In this document: one piece after another, positions 8,081 to 16,807 of the stretch
Numbering within the stretch: position 1 is the stretch's first letter
Layout: each line of letters starts with the position of its first letter
NCBI GenBank assembly: GCA_010202845.1
Contig: CP047921.1
Span: 300,001-332,000 of the forward strand
From: Candidatus Saccharibacteria bacterium oral taxon 488
GTDB lineage: Bacteria; Patescibacteriota; Saccharimonadia; Saccharimonadales; Saccharimonadaceae
Reading direction: 5' to 3'
Length of the DNA: 32,000 nucleotides
Program-made: the position numbers and the translations under genes
Notes under the pieces: generated by a model
Database searches by the model: none
What the model was told of the DNA's origin: nothing
The model's input: the letters and a program-made list of their open reading frames with translations, nothing else

Positions 8081-8723
8081 AGCGATAGCCCACTCCCTTC
8101 ACCGTGATGATGCAGTCCAGGTGCAATTTTTTGCGTAAGTTTTTGATGTAAACGTCGATCACCCTGTCAAACGGCACCTCATCGTCACGCCACAGCTTGT
8201 CAATGATAGCCTGCCGGCTCCAGACCATGTTTGGATTATCCACGAGCAGTTTGAGTAGCTGCACTTCCTTAGGCTTGAGGTGCGCATCAGTATCATCATA
8301 AAATCCCTGATAGGCCGCGAAATCCACCGAGGCCAGACCATGGCGCCACAAGTTTTTTTTGACAGACTGTTGGCGACGAAGCAGCGCCCTGATGCGCTTT
8401 TCCAACAGCACCAGTGAAAACGGCTTACTCATATAATCATCCGCTAGCTCGTCAAAACTCGCAACCTGCGTCGGCTCATCATGTAGCGCCGTCAGCATCA
8501 GCACCGGCACGTCGCTAGTCTGGCGAATACGCCGCAGCACTTCAATGCCACTCATCTTTGGCAGCATGATATCGAGAATAATCACATCTGCCCCAGTAAA
8601 TCTCTTCAGCGCTTCCTCGCCGCTGGTCGCCGTCACCACCGCAAAGCCGCGCTGGCGGAGGAATTGCTCAGTGCCAGTGCGTAAGGTGGGCTCGTCTTCA
8701 ACAATAAGAATCGTTGATGTCAT
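8067..8723 (-). CDS. OmpR-family response regulator
   Basis: Receiver domain (ILIVEDE, IILDIMLP, MLTAL, YMSKPF) plus winged-helix output (ITVKGVGYRYE). Start moved to ATG 8723 (MTSTILIVEDE). TATACT at 8730-8735 lies exactly 6 nt upstream. Confidence 0.9.
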   Translation of the reverse strand: MTSTILIVEDEPTLRTGTEQFLRQRGFAVVTATSGEEALKRFTGADVIILDIMLPKMSGIEVLRRIRQTSDVPVLMLTALHDEPTQVASFDELADDYMSKPFSLVLLEKRIRALLRRQQSVKKNLWRHGLASVDFAAYQGFYDDTDAHLKPKEVQLLKLLVDNPNMVWSRQAIIDKLWRDDEVPFDRVIDVYIKNLRKKLHLDCIITVKGVGYRYEAA

Positions 8724-8737
8724 ATAAGTAGTATACC

Positions 8738-8768
8738 GAAAATGCCGCCCGTGGTAAACGAGCGGCAT
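8738..8768 (-). terminator. Intrinsic terminator after the greA-family gene
   Basis: On the minus strand: AUGCCGC (8768-8762), 13-nt loop, GCGGCAU (8748-8742), then UUUC. Confidence 0.55.
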
Positions 8769-8809
8769 GGGGCGCGTGGTCAGCGTCGAATTGGGACGCT
8801 TGGGGCGCG

Positions 8810-9271
8810 TTAGTGGACGCCGACCACTTGCAGGCGCCGAGTGGTGCGACCGAGACCGAGAGAGATGGTTTCGGTGGCGTGGCGGTTGAGGAGGCTCTGT
8901 CCGAGGGGGCTATCGACCGAGATGCGGCCGTCAGACGGATCAGCCTCAAGGCTGTCAACGAGGGTGTAGCGAAAGAGCTGACCCTGCTGATCAATGAGAT
9001 CAACCACCGAACCGATGGCGATGCGTAGCCGATCGCGCTTACGCGGTAGTGGTTTGGCGGTCTTGAGCGCAGTGCGTTTCTCGGCGAGCTTGCCATGGAC
9101 GTTTTCGAGATTCATGATAATGTCGCTGCGGCGGAGTTTGTCGTCGCGAGACTTGGCGCGGCCGATGTCGCGTAGTTCAGCTGAGAGTGCTTTTTCGCGG
9201 ATTTCGAGTTCGTTGATTTGCTTGTGTAATTCTTTGAAGCCTTTTTTACTGAGATATGTTGTCGTATTCAT
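8810..9271 (-). CDS. greA: GreA/GreB-family transcription elongation factor
   Basis: 153 aa. N-terminal coiled coil (LSKKGFKELHKQINELEIREKALSAELRD), and C-terminal domain with IAIGSVVDL and GRISVDSPLGQSLLNRHATETISL, typical of the GreA C-terminus. Confidence 0.75.
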   Translation of the reverse strand: MNTTTYLSKKGFKELHKQINELEIREKALSAELRDIGRAKSRDDKLRRSDIIMNLENVHGKLAEKRTALKTAKPLPRKRDRLRIAIGSVVDLIDQQGQLFRYTLVDSLEADPSDGRISVDSPLGQSLLNRHATETISLGLGRTTRRLQVVGVH

Positions 9272-9284
9272 CCTTACCCTTTCT

Positions 9285-9359
9285 GGTGAGGCTCACCTCA
9301 CCGTAACTTATTACACCATGGCATTCTGAAAATTAGCTGAAAAATTGTAAAAATGTCAA
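9285..9359 (-). promoter_or_regulatory. greA promoter candidate plus 5' UTR hairpin
   Basis: TTGACA (reverse complement of 9354-9359) with TAATTT about 18 nt downstream. Leader hairpin GGTGAGG-tgag-CCTCACC (9302-9285) sits directly before the AAAGGG SD. Confidence 0.35.
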
Positions 9360-9384
9360 AAAAAGTCACGCCACCAGAGGTGAA

Positions 9385-10344
9385 TTACAGGGTTTTTGGC
9401 AGCGAAATGGTGAACGTTGTCGTGCCTTTACGGCTGGCGGCGGTGAGTTGGCCACCGAGGGCGCCGGCCAGTTGCTTGGCGAGGCTGAGGCCGAGGCCGT
9501 AGCCGCCGGTTCGCTGATCGCCAGAGAAAAATCGCTCAAAAATATGCGGCAAGTCGCGCGCCGCGATTTGGCCATCGTTCGTCAGACAGACAGTGATACG
9601 GTGATGGACAGCCTTGATGTCAACCTGGACGCGAGACTTACGCGGGCTGTGACGCAGGGCGTTGTCGAGGATGATGGCGATGAGTTCGCGGACGATGAGA
9701 CGGTGGCTGGTCAGGGTGATGGCCTCGTCGGTGATTAGCGTGGTGCGCGCATCGACCTTGCGTTCAGTGATCAGCTTTTTGGTGAGGTCGGTGATGTCAA
9801 AGATCTCGGTGGTGGTTTCTAATTGTCGATTGGCAGACGACAATTTGAGCAGCGTCTCGGTCAGTTGCGTCAAACGGTCGGTCTCTTCGAGCGTACTTTG
9901 GAGCGTCTGGCGAAGCGATGCTTTGCTGGCGCGCTGGTCGGACAATGCCAGCTCGGCCTCAGCTTTGATGACGGCCAGTGGCGTGCGCAGCTGATGACTG
10001 GCGTTGGCGGTAAAGCGCGACTGGGCGTCATGTGCTGCCTCGATCGGCTCGAGCGTCCGTCGGGCCAATATATAGGCACACACACCGCCGCCAAGCAGTA
10101 CGATGAGGTTGAGATAGCCGAGGCTGATCAGCAGGTTGGTGGTCGAGATTGATGGATGGTCGCGGATGATGGTGGTTTCGGTGTTACCATCAGTTTTGTG
10201 ATGCTTACTCCAGTTATTCAGCTGGACGTCAAGCTCGGAGCTAGCGACTTGAAAGATGATGCCGCTAAATAGCAAGCTGACGGTCATCAGAATGAGCAAG
10301 TACCAGCCGGCGAGCTTGAGCGTTGCTGAGAAAAATAATTTCAC
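9385..10344 (-). CDS. Sensor histidine kinase (2 TM, short sensor loop)
   Basis: H-box ASHQLRTPLAVI, N-box ILDNALRHS, G-box GGYGLGLSLAKQL. 4-nt overlap with the upstream regulator gene. Confidence 0.9.
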   Translation of the reverse strand: MKLFFSATLKLAGWYLLILMTVSLLFSGIIFQVASSELDVQLNNWSKHHKTDGNTETTIIRDHPSISTTNLLISLGYLNLIVLLGGGVCAYILARRTLEPIEAAHDAQSRFTANASHQLRTPLAVIKAEAELALSDQRASKASLRQTLQSTLEETDRLTQLTETLLKLSSANRQLETTTEIFDITDLTKKLITERKVDARTTLITDEAITLTSHRLIVRELIAIILDNALRHSPRKSRVQVDIKAVHHRITVCLTNDGQIAARDLPHIFERFFSGDQRTGGYGLGLSLAKQLAGALGGQLTAASRKGTTTFTISLPKTL

Positions 10345-11015
10345 TCGCCAGCCTCCAATTTATAACCAAAGCCGCGCACGGTGTGAATCAGTGGCCGGCG
10401 AAATGGCTTGTCGATTTTCTTGCGTAGCTGCTTGATATAGGCCTCGACGTTGTTGGGTAAAATATCGGCATCAAAATCCCACACATGGGCGATCAATGTG
10501 TCTTTGCTAAGCGTCTGGCCGGGGTGGCGCGCCAGGTATTCGAGGAGCGCGTACTCCTTGCTGGTCAGGTCGATCGAGGTGCCGGCGCGAGTGACGGATT
10601 GCGTTGTCTGGTCGATCACGAGATCAGCGATCTGGAGCGTGTCCGGTTGCTGAATCGGCGGGCGGCGAAGGAGCGCTCGCACGCGGGCGGTGAGTTCGGC
10701 GATGGCGAAGGGCTTGACGAGATAATCATCAGCGCCGCTGTCCAGGCCGAACGTCTTGTCCTCAGTCGTCCCCAGTGCCGTCAATAGCAGAATCGGCATA
10801 TCCTTGCCCTGCCCGCGTAAATCCTGCACGATGTCCGTGCCGCTCCGTCCCGGTAGCATCCGATCAACGACCAACAGATCGTACGGCTCGCTCATCGCCA
10901 TATTCAGCCCCTCATCTCCGTCATGCGTCACGTCCACGGCATGATGCTCACGCCGCAGCGCCTCAGCAATGATCCGGGCAATCTTTCGTTCGTCTTCGAT
11001 GATAAGGAGGCGCAT
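10341..11015 (-). CDS. OmpR-family response regulator
   Basis: Receiver domain (LLIIEDE, LLVVDRMLP, LLTAL, YLVKPF) plus winged helix (HTVRGFGYKLE). TGaTATAAT at 11022-11030 lies exactly 6 nt upstream of ATG 11015. Confidence 0.9.
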   Translation of the reverse strand: MRLLIIEDERKIARIIAEALRREHHAVDVTHDGDEGLNMAMSEPYDLLVVDRMLPGRSGTDIVQDLRGQGKDMPILLLTALGTTEDKTFGLDSGADDYLVKPFAIAELTARVRALLRRPPIQQPDTLQIADLVIDQTTQSVTRAGTSIDLTSKEYALLEYLARHPGQTLSKDTLIAHVWDFDADILPNNVEAYIKQLRKKIDKPFRRPLIHTVRGFGYKLEAGE

Positions 11016-11069
11016 GAGTATATTATATCAAGGTATGGTAGTATAATAAGCAGAAAGAAAGGGAGATAT
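11016..11069. promoter_or_regulatory. Divergent back-to-back promoter region (regulator on minus strand, ABC-2 exporter on plus strand)
   Basis: The minus-strand -10 TATAAT (11022-11027) and the plus-strand -10 TATAAT (11042-11047) are 14 nt apart. The plus-strand gene has an AAGGGAG SD at 11059-11065. GTATA-type direct repeats are present (GTATAttatatcaagGTATGgtaGTATA). Confidence 0.5.
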
Positions 11070-11834
11070 ATGGGACGAGATACAGCAAAACAGCAGCAGC
11101 CGATTGTCGAGATTCGTCATTTTCAGATGGCGTTTGGTGACAAAACGGTCATCCAGGACCTCAGTTTTGAGGTGCGACGTGGCGAGGTGTTTGGATTCTT
11201 AGGCAGCAACGGCTCGGGAAAGACGACGACACTCAGGGCGCTACTGGGGCTATACGAGCCGACGGGTGGCGAGCTGCTGGTTGATGGCAAACCGTATACG
11301 GTTGAGGATAGCGTCAAGCTAGGCTACCTTCCGGAGGAGCGTGGCCTGTACAAAAAAGAAAAAGTCATCGACACCATGATTTACTTTGGGCGACTAAAAG
11401 GTTTGAGCCAGGAAGAAGCTCGTACGTTCTCCATGAACTACTTGGAGCGAGTCGGTCTAAGCGACAAGGCAAAGACTCGGCTGGACAAATTATCAGGCGG
11501 CCAGCAGCAAAAAATTCAGCTGGGCGTGACCATCATGGGTGACCCAGAACTGCTTATTTTGGACGAGCCGACCAAGGGTTTTGACCCAGTTAATCGCCGA
11601 CTACTAATGAACATCATTGAAGAGCGCCGCAAGGCTGGCGCGACGGTGATATTTGTCACCCACCAGATGGAAGAGGTTGAACGGCTATGTGATCGGCTGA
11701 TTCTATTAAAAGACGGTCGATCAGCGGCGTACGGTACGCTGGCAGAAGTGAAAAAACAGTTCGGCGGTGCGTCAATGGATGATATTTTCGTCAAGGTTTA
11801 TGGCGGCGAGAAGCAGGAGGTACGTCATGAGTAA
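11070..11834 (+). CDS. ABC transporter ATP-binding protein (ABC-2/NatA-like)
   Basis: Walker A GSNGSGKTT, signature LSGGQQQK, Walker B LLILDEPT, H-loop FVTHQ. Start moved to ATG 11070 behind the AAGGGAG SD. The track ORF start at 10923 overlaps the divergent regulator gene. Confidence 0.9.
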   Translation: MGRDTAKQQQPIVEIRHFQMAFGDKTVIQDLSFEVRRGEVFGFLGSNGSGKTTTLRALLGLYEPTGGELLVDGKPYTVEDSVKLGYLPEERGLYKKEKVIDTMIYFGRLKGLSQEEARTFSMNYLERVGLSDKAKTRLDKLSGGQQQKIQLGVTIMGDPELLILDEPTKGFDPVNRRLLMNIIEERRKAGATVIFVTHQMEEVERLCDRLILLKDGRSAAYGTLAEVKKQFGGASMDDIFVKVYGGEKQEVRHE

Positions 11835-13059
11835 GATGCATAATTTGGGAATGGTGTTCAAATTTGAAGTGCTGCGCACTCTGAAAAAACCGACCTTCTG
11901 GCTGATAGCGCTGGGTTTTCCGGTTATGATCGGATTGATTTTCGGTATTGTTCTTTGGTCAAATCAGGCGACTAAAGAGGCGGCCGATAAGCTTCAAGAA
12001 CAAAAATTTAGCATTACTATGACAGATCATTCAAAGCTAATCAAGCCGGAAGTCGCAGCGGTGATGAAAGTCCAATCAGTTGACTCCGAAGCTGAAGGTA
12101 TCGAAAAAGTTAAACGCCGTCAGACGGATGCTTATTTCTATATACCGAAGAATCTTGAGAAGGACACGATCAGGATATACGGCCAAGATACGGGGGTTTT
12201 TGAGAACAATAAGTACGAGGCAGTTGTCCGCACACTACTGAATCAGTCGGTTGATAGTAGGGTCACCGGATCGGAAGCGGCAGTGATCAAGCAGAAAATT
12301 AATTCGTCACTCAAGACCTATAAAGACGGTAAAGAAAGCGGCGGTGTGAACGAGATGATCGTGCCAGGGTTCTTCCTGGTGCTGTTTTATATGCTCGTTG
12401 CCTTCTTTAGTAATCAGATGCTGACGAGTACTGTCGAGGAGAAAGAAAATCGCACTGTGGAGATGTTGCTGACAACGGTGCAGGCCAGGACGTTGATTAT
12501 CGGCAAGATTTGGGCGTTGATCGCTCTATCGCTGATTCAGGGGATGGTTATCGTTGTGCCGGTGTTGATTGGCTATTTTGGATTTGGTTCGCAGCTGCAC
12601 TTGTCTAACTTTGATCTATCGCAAATTGTGTTTGATCCGACGAGAATCGCTGTTGCCGCTGCGCTGTTTGGTGCGAGCTTTACCATGTTGACTGGTCTGT
12701 TGGTAGCTATGGGGGCAATGATGCCGACCGCCAAGGAGGCGAGTTCGTGGGTTGGCCTGGTGATGATACTGCTGTTTGGGCCGCTGTATGCCGCGTCAGT
12801 ATTCGTTTCATACCCAGAGTCAACCTTCTCAATGGTTATGTCATACTTCCCGCTTACGGCACCAATTCCGTTGATGATTAGGAATACGGTCGGCAATTTG
12901 TCGCTCATTGAGGCCTTGATCGGCGTAGCGGTCTTGGTGGTGTCTGCGGTACTGATCATGATGCTGGCGGTGCGGATTTTCCGCTACGGTGCGATGTCCT
13001 ATGACAGCAAGCTATCTCTGTCGGCGTTGCGGATGAAGCGAAAAGCTGATAAAGTTTAA
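11827..13059 (+). CDS. ABC-2 family permease (NatB-like)
   Basis: Start at ATG 11827 (MSKMHNLGMVFKFEVLRTLKKPTFW), with AGGAGG 6 nt upstream and an 8-nt ATGAGTAA overlap with the ATPase gene. One N-terminal TM, a ~150-aa external domain and five C-terminal TMs, as in NatB/YhaP-type permeases. Confidence 0.8.
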   Translation: MSKMHNLGMVFKFEVLRTLKKPTFWLIALGFPVMIGLIFGIVLWSNQATKEAADKLQEQKFSITMTDHSKLIKPEVAAVMKVQSVDSEAEGIEKVKRRQTDAYFYIPKNLEKDTIRIYGQDTGVFENNKYEAVVRTLLNQSVDSRVTGSEAAVIKQKINSSLKTYKDGKESGGVNEMIVPGFFLVLFYMLVAFFSNQMLTSTVEEKENRTVEMLLTTVQARTLIIGKIWALIALSLIQGMVIVVPVLIGYFGFGSQLHLSNFDLSQIVFDPTRIAVAAALFGASFTMLTGLLVAMGAMMPTAKEASSWVGLVMILLFGPLYAASVFVSYPESTFSMVMSYFPLTAPIPLMIRNTVGNLSLIEALIGVAVLVVSAVLIMMLAVRIFRYGAMSYDSKLSLSALRMKRKADKV

Positions 13060-13061
13060 GT

Positions 13062-14201
13062 ATGAAAGTACGCATTGAAATAGACACCAAAACATTTGTG
13101 CGGTTTTGGCTGGTGGTGATTGGCTTTGGGCTGGCGGGGCTGATGATTTATTCGGCGCGGGATGCGCTGATGGTGCTCGGGACGGCGTTGTTTCTGGCGC
13201 TGGCATTGAACGCGCCGGTGCGTAAGTTGGCGTCGTGGCTACCTGGCAAGAGTCGGCTGGGCGGGACGGCGTTGGCGTTTATGCTGCTGATCATTATCTT
13301 GACTAGTGTGATTTGGTTTGTGGTGCCACCGCTGGTGCAACAATCGGCTAAGTTTGCCGAGACGCTGCCTAGCCTCGTTAATGGTGTTAACGAGCAGTGG
13401 CACGGGCTGAAGGGCTTTGTCGAGCAGAATGGTCTGCAGCCGCAAATTGATTCGCTGATGAATAATATCCGCGGCCAGGCATCCAGTTGGGCGGCGAGTT
13501 TCGGCGCGAATATTCTCGGTAGTATTGGCTCGCTGGCATCATTTTTGGCATCGGCCTTTCTGGTGCTGGTGCTAACGTTCTTGATGCTGCTGGAGGGTCA
13601 GGAATGGATGGAGCGGCTGTGGCGGCTGTATCGGGATGAGCAGCGGCGCGACCATCACAAGGTGCTGGTTGGCAAGATTTATAACGTGGTGACTGGCTAC
13701 ATCGTCGGGCAGCTGACGGTGTCAGGGATCGGCTCGCTGTGCGCCGGGGCGTTTGTGTTTGGCATGAGCTGGTTCATTCCGGAGATCGCGGCCAACTTGG
13801 CGATGCCGACGATTCTGCTGGTGTTCCTACTCAGCCTGATCCCGATGTTTGGGGCAACGATCGCCGGTGTGGTGGTGGGACTGATGCTGATGCTCAATAG
13901 TGTGTCGGCGGGCGTCATCTATCTCATCTATTTCGTGATCTACCAGCAGATTGAGAATAATTTTATCGCGCCAGTCATTCAGGGCAAGAAAGTCGAGCTG
14001 TCGGCGCTGGCGATCTTGGTGGCGGTGACGGTGGGGCTGTATGTTGGCGGCCTAGTTGGTGGTGTGGTGGCTATCCCGATCGCTGGGTCGCTCAAGGTGC
14101 TGATGGATGATTATCTGGCGCATAATCGCGAGCCGCAGGCGCCGCCTCGCCGCTCGCCGCTAAAAAAGGCGCTCAAAAAAGCCGCCAAGGAAGCCAGCTG
14201 A
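13062..14201 (+). CDS. AI-2E family transporter (PerM/UPF0118)
   Basis: 379 aa and polytopic. IENNFIAPVIQGKKVELSALAILVAV is the AI-2E family motif. Starts 2 nt after the permease stop. Confidence 0.85.
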   Translation: MKVRIEIDTKTFVRFWLVVIGFGLAGLMIYSARDALMVLGTALFLALALNAPVRKLASWLPGKSRLGGTALAFMLLIIILTSVIWFVVPPLVQQSAKFAETLPSLVNGVNEQWHGLKGFVEQNGLQPQIDSLMNNIRGQASSWAASFGANILGSIGSLASFLASAFLVLVLTFLMLLEGQEWMERLWRLYRDEQRRDHHKVLVGKIYNVVTGYIVGQLTVSGIGSLCAGAFVFGMSWFIPEIAANLAMPTILLVFLLSLIPMFGATIAGVVVGLMLMLNSVSAGVIYLIYFVIYQQIENNFIAPVIQGKKVELSALAILVAVTVGLYVGGLVGGVVAIPIAGSLKVLMDDYLAHNREPQAPPRRSPLKKALKKAAKEAS

Positions 14202-14226
14202 GTAAGCGGCCGAGAGATTATCGGGA

Positions 14227-15657
14227 TTATCGGTACGACCAAACTTGACCAGATGGGGTGTCGCGTAGCGCGATGCCCTTTTCGTCGAGTTGAGCGCGAA
14301 TATCGTCGGCAGCTTGCCAGTTCTTGGCGCGGCGAGCCTGCCGACGCTCAAGGATAAGCCGCTTCGCTTCATCATCAATGTCTGGCGTGCCGTCCATCAG
14401 CCCTAGGCCCAGCACCTCGTCGACCGCCTCGAGTAGCTGCAATAAACCACCGCGGTGAATTTTCTCCAACGGCGCATGATCCAGCCGTGAAAAGGCCTCG
14501 TCGATCAGCGCCACGGCTCCTGGTGTATCCAAATTATCATTCAACTTTTCAACAAGCGCCTGCCGCGCTGCCAATAGTGACACCGTGCCCTCCCGCTCAT
14601 CTTTCTCGTCGTCATCATCCAGCGTGTCGTGCGTCTGGTGTCGCAGCGCCGCATAGCCGCGCCAATGGTCCAGCCGCGCCTGGGCTGCCTCCAAAATTTC
14701 CCAGGTGAAATTGCCCTCGGTTTGGTAATGCTTGCTGAGGATTGCCAGCTTAAAGGCCATCGGACTAAAACCGCGCGCCGTGATGTCACTGAGAGTGATG
14801 ATGTTGCCGAGCGACTTACTCATCTTGCGGCCATCTACCTTGATGTGGTTATTGTGCAGCCAAATTTGAGCAAATTGCTGCCCAGTCAGACTCTCGCTCT
14901 GAGCAATCTCGTTGGTGTGATGTACCGGAATGTGGTCGATGCCGCCGGTGTGAATGTCGATTGTATCACCTAGCGTCTCCCGAGCGATCGTCGAACACTC
15001 TAAATGCCAGCCCGGAAAACCGACGCCCCATGGACTATTCCACTCCATGTCGCGCTTGGCGTCTGTCGGTGAAAATTTCCAGACAGCGAAGTCGGTGATG
15101 TTGCGCTTGCCCTCGACGCTGACTCGCGCGCCGGCTTCTAGTCCGGCTATGTCCAGCCGCGCGAGTTTGCCATAATCCGGCAGCCGCGACGTATCAAAAT
15201 ACATACCGTCGCCGTCAATCTTGTACAAAAATCCCTTCTCGTCTAGCCCCTTGGCAAAGTTAATTTGCTGCTGGATATAGTCCGTTGCCCGGACTAAGTG
15301 GTCGGGCCGTACCAGTTTCAGCACCTCGTAGGCTTCGTGGTCGGCGATAGCGATGTACTGCTCGGCCACGTCCCAAGCGGTTTTACCCTCGCGGCGCGCC
15401 CCCTTCTCCATCTTGTCCTCGCCATTATCATCATCGCTGGTCAAGTGTCCAACGTCGGTGATATTTTGCGTGCGAATAACCGAGATGTCCTGCCAGCGCA
15501 GTAACCGCACCAATACATCCCAGTAAATATAGCCGACCCAATTGCCAATGTGCGGCTGTGAATACACCGTCAGCCCACAGGTGTACATGCGAACCGTCTG
15601 CCCGTCGAGCGGCGTCAGTTTGTCTTTACGGCGAGTGAGGGTGTTATGGAGATTCAT
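14227..15657 (-). CDS. cysS: Cysteine--tRNA ligase
   Basis: MYTCGLTVYSQPHIGN (HIGH-type motif), NITDVGHLTSDDDNGEDKM, GFPGWHLECS, KMSKSLGN. Start moved to ATG 15657 (MNLHNTLTRRK). TACAAT at 15664-15669 lies exactly 6 nt upstream. Confidence 0.92.
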   Translation of the reverse strand: MNLHNTLTRRKDKLTPLDGQTVRMYTCGLTVYSQPHIGNWVGYIYWDVLVRLLRWQDISVIRTQNITDVGHLTSDDDNGEDKMEKGARREGKTAWDVAEQYIAIADHEAYEVLKLVRPDHLVRATDYIQQQINFAKGLDEKGFLYKIDGDGMYFDTSRLPDYGKLARLDIAGLEAGARVSVEGKRNITDFAVWKFSPTDAKRDMEWNSPWGVGFPGWHLECSTIARETLGDTIDIHTGGIDHIPVHHTNEIAQSESLTGQQFAQIWLHNNHIKVDGRKMSKSLGNIITLSDITARGFSPMAFKLAILSKHYQTEGNFTWEILEAAQARLDHWRGYAALRHQTHDTLDDDDEKDEREGTVSLLAARQALVEKLNDNLDTPGAVALIDEAFSRLDHAPLEKIHRGGLLQLLEAVDEVLGLGLMDGTPDIDDEAKRLILERRQARRAKNWQAADDIRAQLDEKGIALRDTPSGQVWSYR

Positions 15658-15713
15658 AGAAATATTGTAGCGCAAAACGGGTGGGTTGGCGAGTTACTTC
15701 GTCGCTTGGACGA

Positions 15714-16415
15714 CTAGGGCCACTCTACATCAGCGAGAACTGGAATATGGTCAGACGGCACCTGGTGGTTTGGCTTGGCTGGGGAATATAGTGTCGGTAC
15801 TAGGTATCCGGCGGCCCCTCTAAGAGCGATCATATCAATTGAAACAGCCTCGCCGCTAATCCAGGCAGTCGGCATTTTCCCAACTAGGTCGCCAAAACCT
15901 GCCTCCGTAAGGCGCCGTCGGACTGGCCCGCCCGGTTGATCATTGCAATCAGCCAGGATAATCGCGGGCTGTTCACCGAGATGCTCGAGAAGCTCACGTG
16001 CCTGTCCGAGGCCTTTATGCTGCGGGTCATCAGTCGGCGACCACTTAAGGTGAGTATTAACGACGGCGATACCACCAAGTTGTATAATTTGCGCGACATG
16101 ACCAGACTTATCACCAAACGCAAGCATCTCAGATGAATCGACAGTAATATCGGGGTGTACCAAGGTTAGGCAGCCATCCGGCTTGTTATTGTCCTTTTGT
16201 CGCCAAAAGGTTTGCCATGCTCCATCCCGATTGATTGACTTGGCGAGTACATCATCAACCTCTTGGAGTGCAAGGACATCGACGCCGAGAGAGTTAATAA
16301 GTGTCTGTAGTGGCTCAATTCGACTGCCAGGTGCTTGAAGTTTAAAGTCGGGCGGCAGTGAATCTCCGTAGTGAATATATTTATCCGCTAGAACGTTGAA
16401 GGTGCCGACGCGCAT
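15714..16415 (-). CDS. Endonuclease/exonuclease/phosphatase (EEP) family protein
   Basis: MRVGTFNVL, DVLALQEVD, VVNTHL and the C-terminal SDHIPVLADV are EEP catalytic motifs. AGGAG lies 5 nt upstream of the ATG. Confidence 0.8.
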   Translation of the reverse strand: MRVGTFNVLADKYIHYGDSLPPDFKLQAPGSRIEPLQTLINSLGVDVLALQEVDDVLAKSINRDGAWQTFWRQKDNNKPDGCLTLVHPDITVDSSEMLAFGDKSGHVAQIIQLGGIAVVNTHLKWSPTDDPQHKGLGQARELLEHLGEQPAIILADCNDQPGGPVRRRLTEAGFGDLVGKMPTAWISGEAVSIDMIALRGAAGYLVPTLYSPAKPNHQVPSDHIPVLADVEWP

Positions 16416-16422
16416 AGAACTC

Positions 16423-16668
16423 CTATCCCTTCACTGTATACGCTACACCGATTTCCAGTGTGGCGCGTTCAATCCAATCGTCATGACGATCAACTTGTTT
16501 CGAAAGTGCCAGATGCTCGGTTTGGTTAGTGTCGAATATGCCGGCTTGACGGTCGAGGGTGGTGTAGATGTTGTCAATTTTTCGGTTAAGTTCGGCAAAG
16601 CTTGTCTTGTTCTCCTCGCGAAGCTTGCTGAAGAGGTGGCATAATTGTTGCATGGTTGGATCACCCAT
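16423..16668 (-). CDS. Hypothetical helical protein (81 aa)
   Basis: Start set to ATG 16668 (MGDPTMQQLCHLFSKLREENKTSFAELNRKIDNIY...) because TATACT (16675-16680) lies exactly 6 nt upstream. The longer track ORF would read through the structured repeat. Stop is 7 nt before the EEP gene. Confidence 0.45.
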   Translation of the reverse strand: MGDPTMQQLCHLFSKLREENKTSFAELNRKIDNIYTTLDRQAGIFDTNQTEHLALSKQVDRHDDWIERATLEIGVAYTVKG

Positions 16669-16687
16669 ATATCCAGTATAATACATT

Positions 16688-16807
16688 AATGAAAATAGCC
16701 CACCGAACGAGCTCAAACCAGAACTGGATATATCTCAACCCAGGAAATGCAAGTAATGCATCTCAACCAGTTTGAGCCCAGTCGGCGAACTATTTTCGGC
16801 GGGCGGC
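16688..16807 (-). repeat. Structured ~120-nt repeat, copy A (long imperfect hairpin; candidate ncRNA or MITE-like element)
   Basis: By my count there are 11 differences in ~119 aligned positions versus 20330-20448, in the same orientation. Arm 16691-16721 pairs with 16767-16797. 30 of 31 positions pair on the minus-strand RNA when G:U is allowed. Confidence 0.7.

Noticed and set aside
8698-9096. 132-aa minus-strand ORF and + strand ORFs overlapping the greA-family gene
   Set aside because: The greA frame has the recognisable coiled-coil and C-terminal domain. The alternatives lack start context and protein-like composition.
10923-11069. Long N-terminal extensions in track ORFs: 10923 for the ABC ATPase, 8768 for regulator 1, 25103 for the PAS kinase, 30431 for kinase 3, 28285 for the NTF2-like gene, 15675 for cysS and 4714 for the ASCH-like gene
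   Set aside because: The extensions overlap neighbouring genes or promoters and add non-homologous residues. The internal ATGs have an SD, a -10 box at 6-7 nt, or an ATGA overlap with the upstream stop.
14202-14231. Tandem 9-mer GATTATCGG GATTATCGG in the 25-nt convergent gap between the AI-2E transporter gene and cysS
   Set aside because: Only two units, partly inside the cysS coding end, with no hairpin or known motif. Probably chance.
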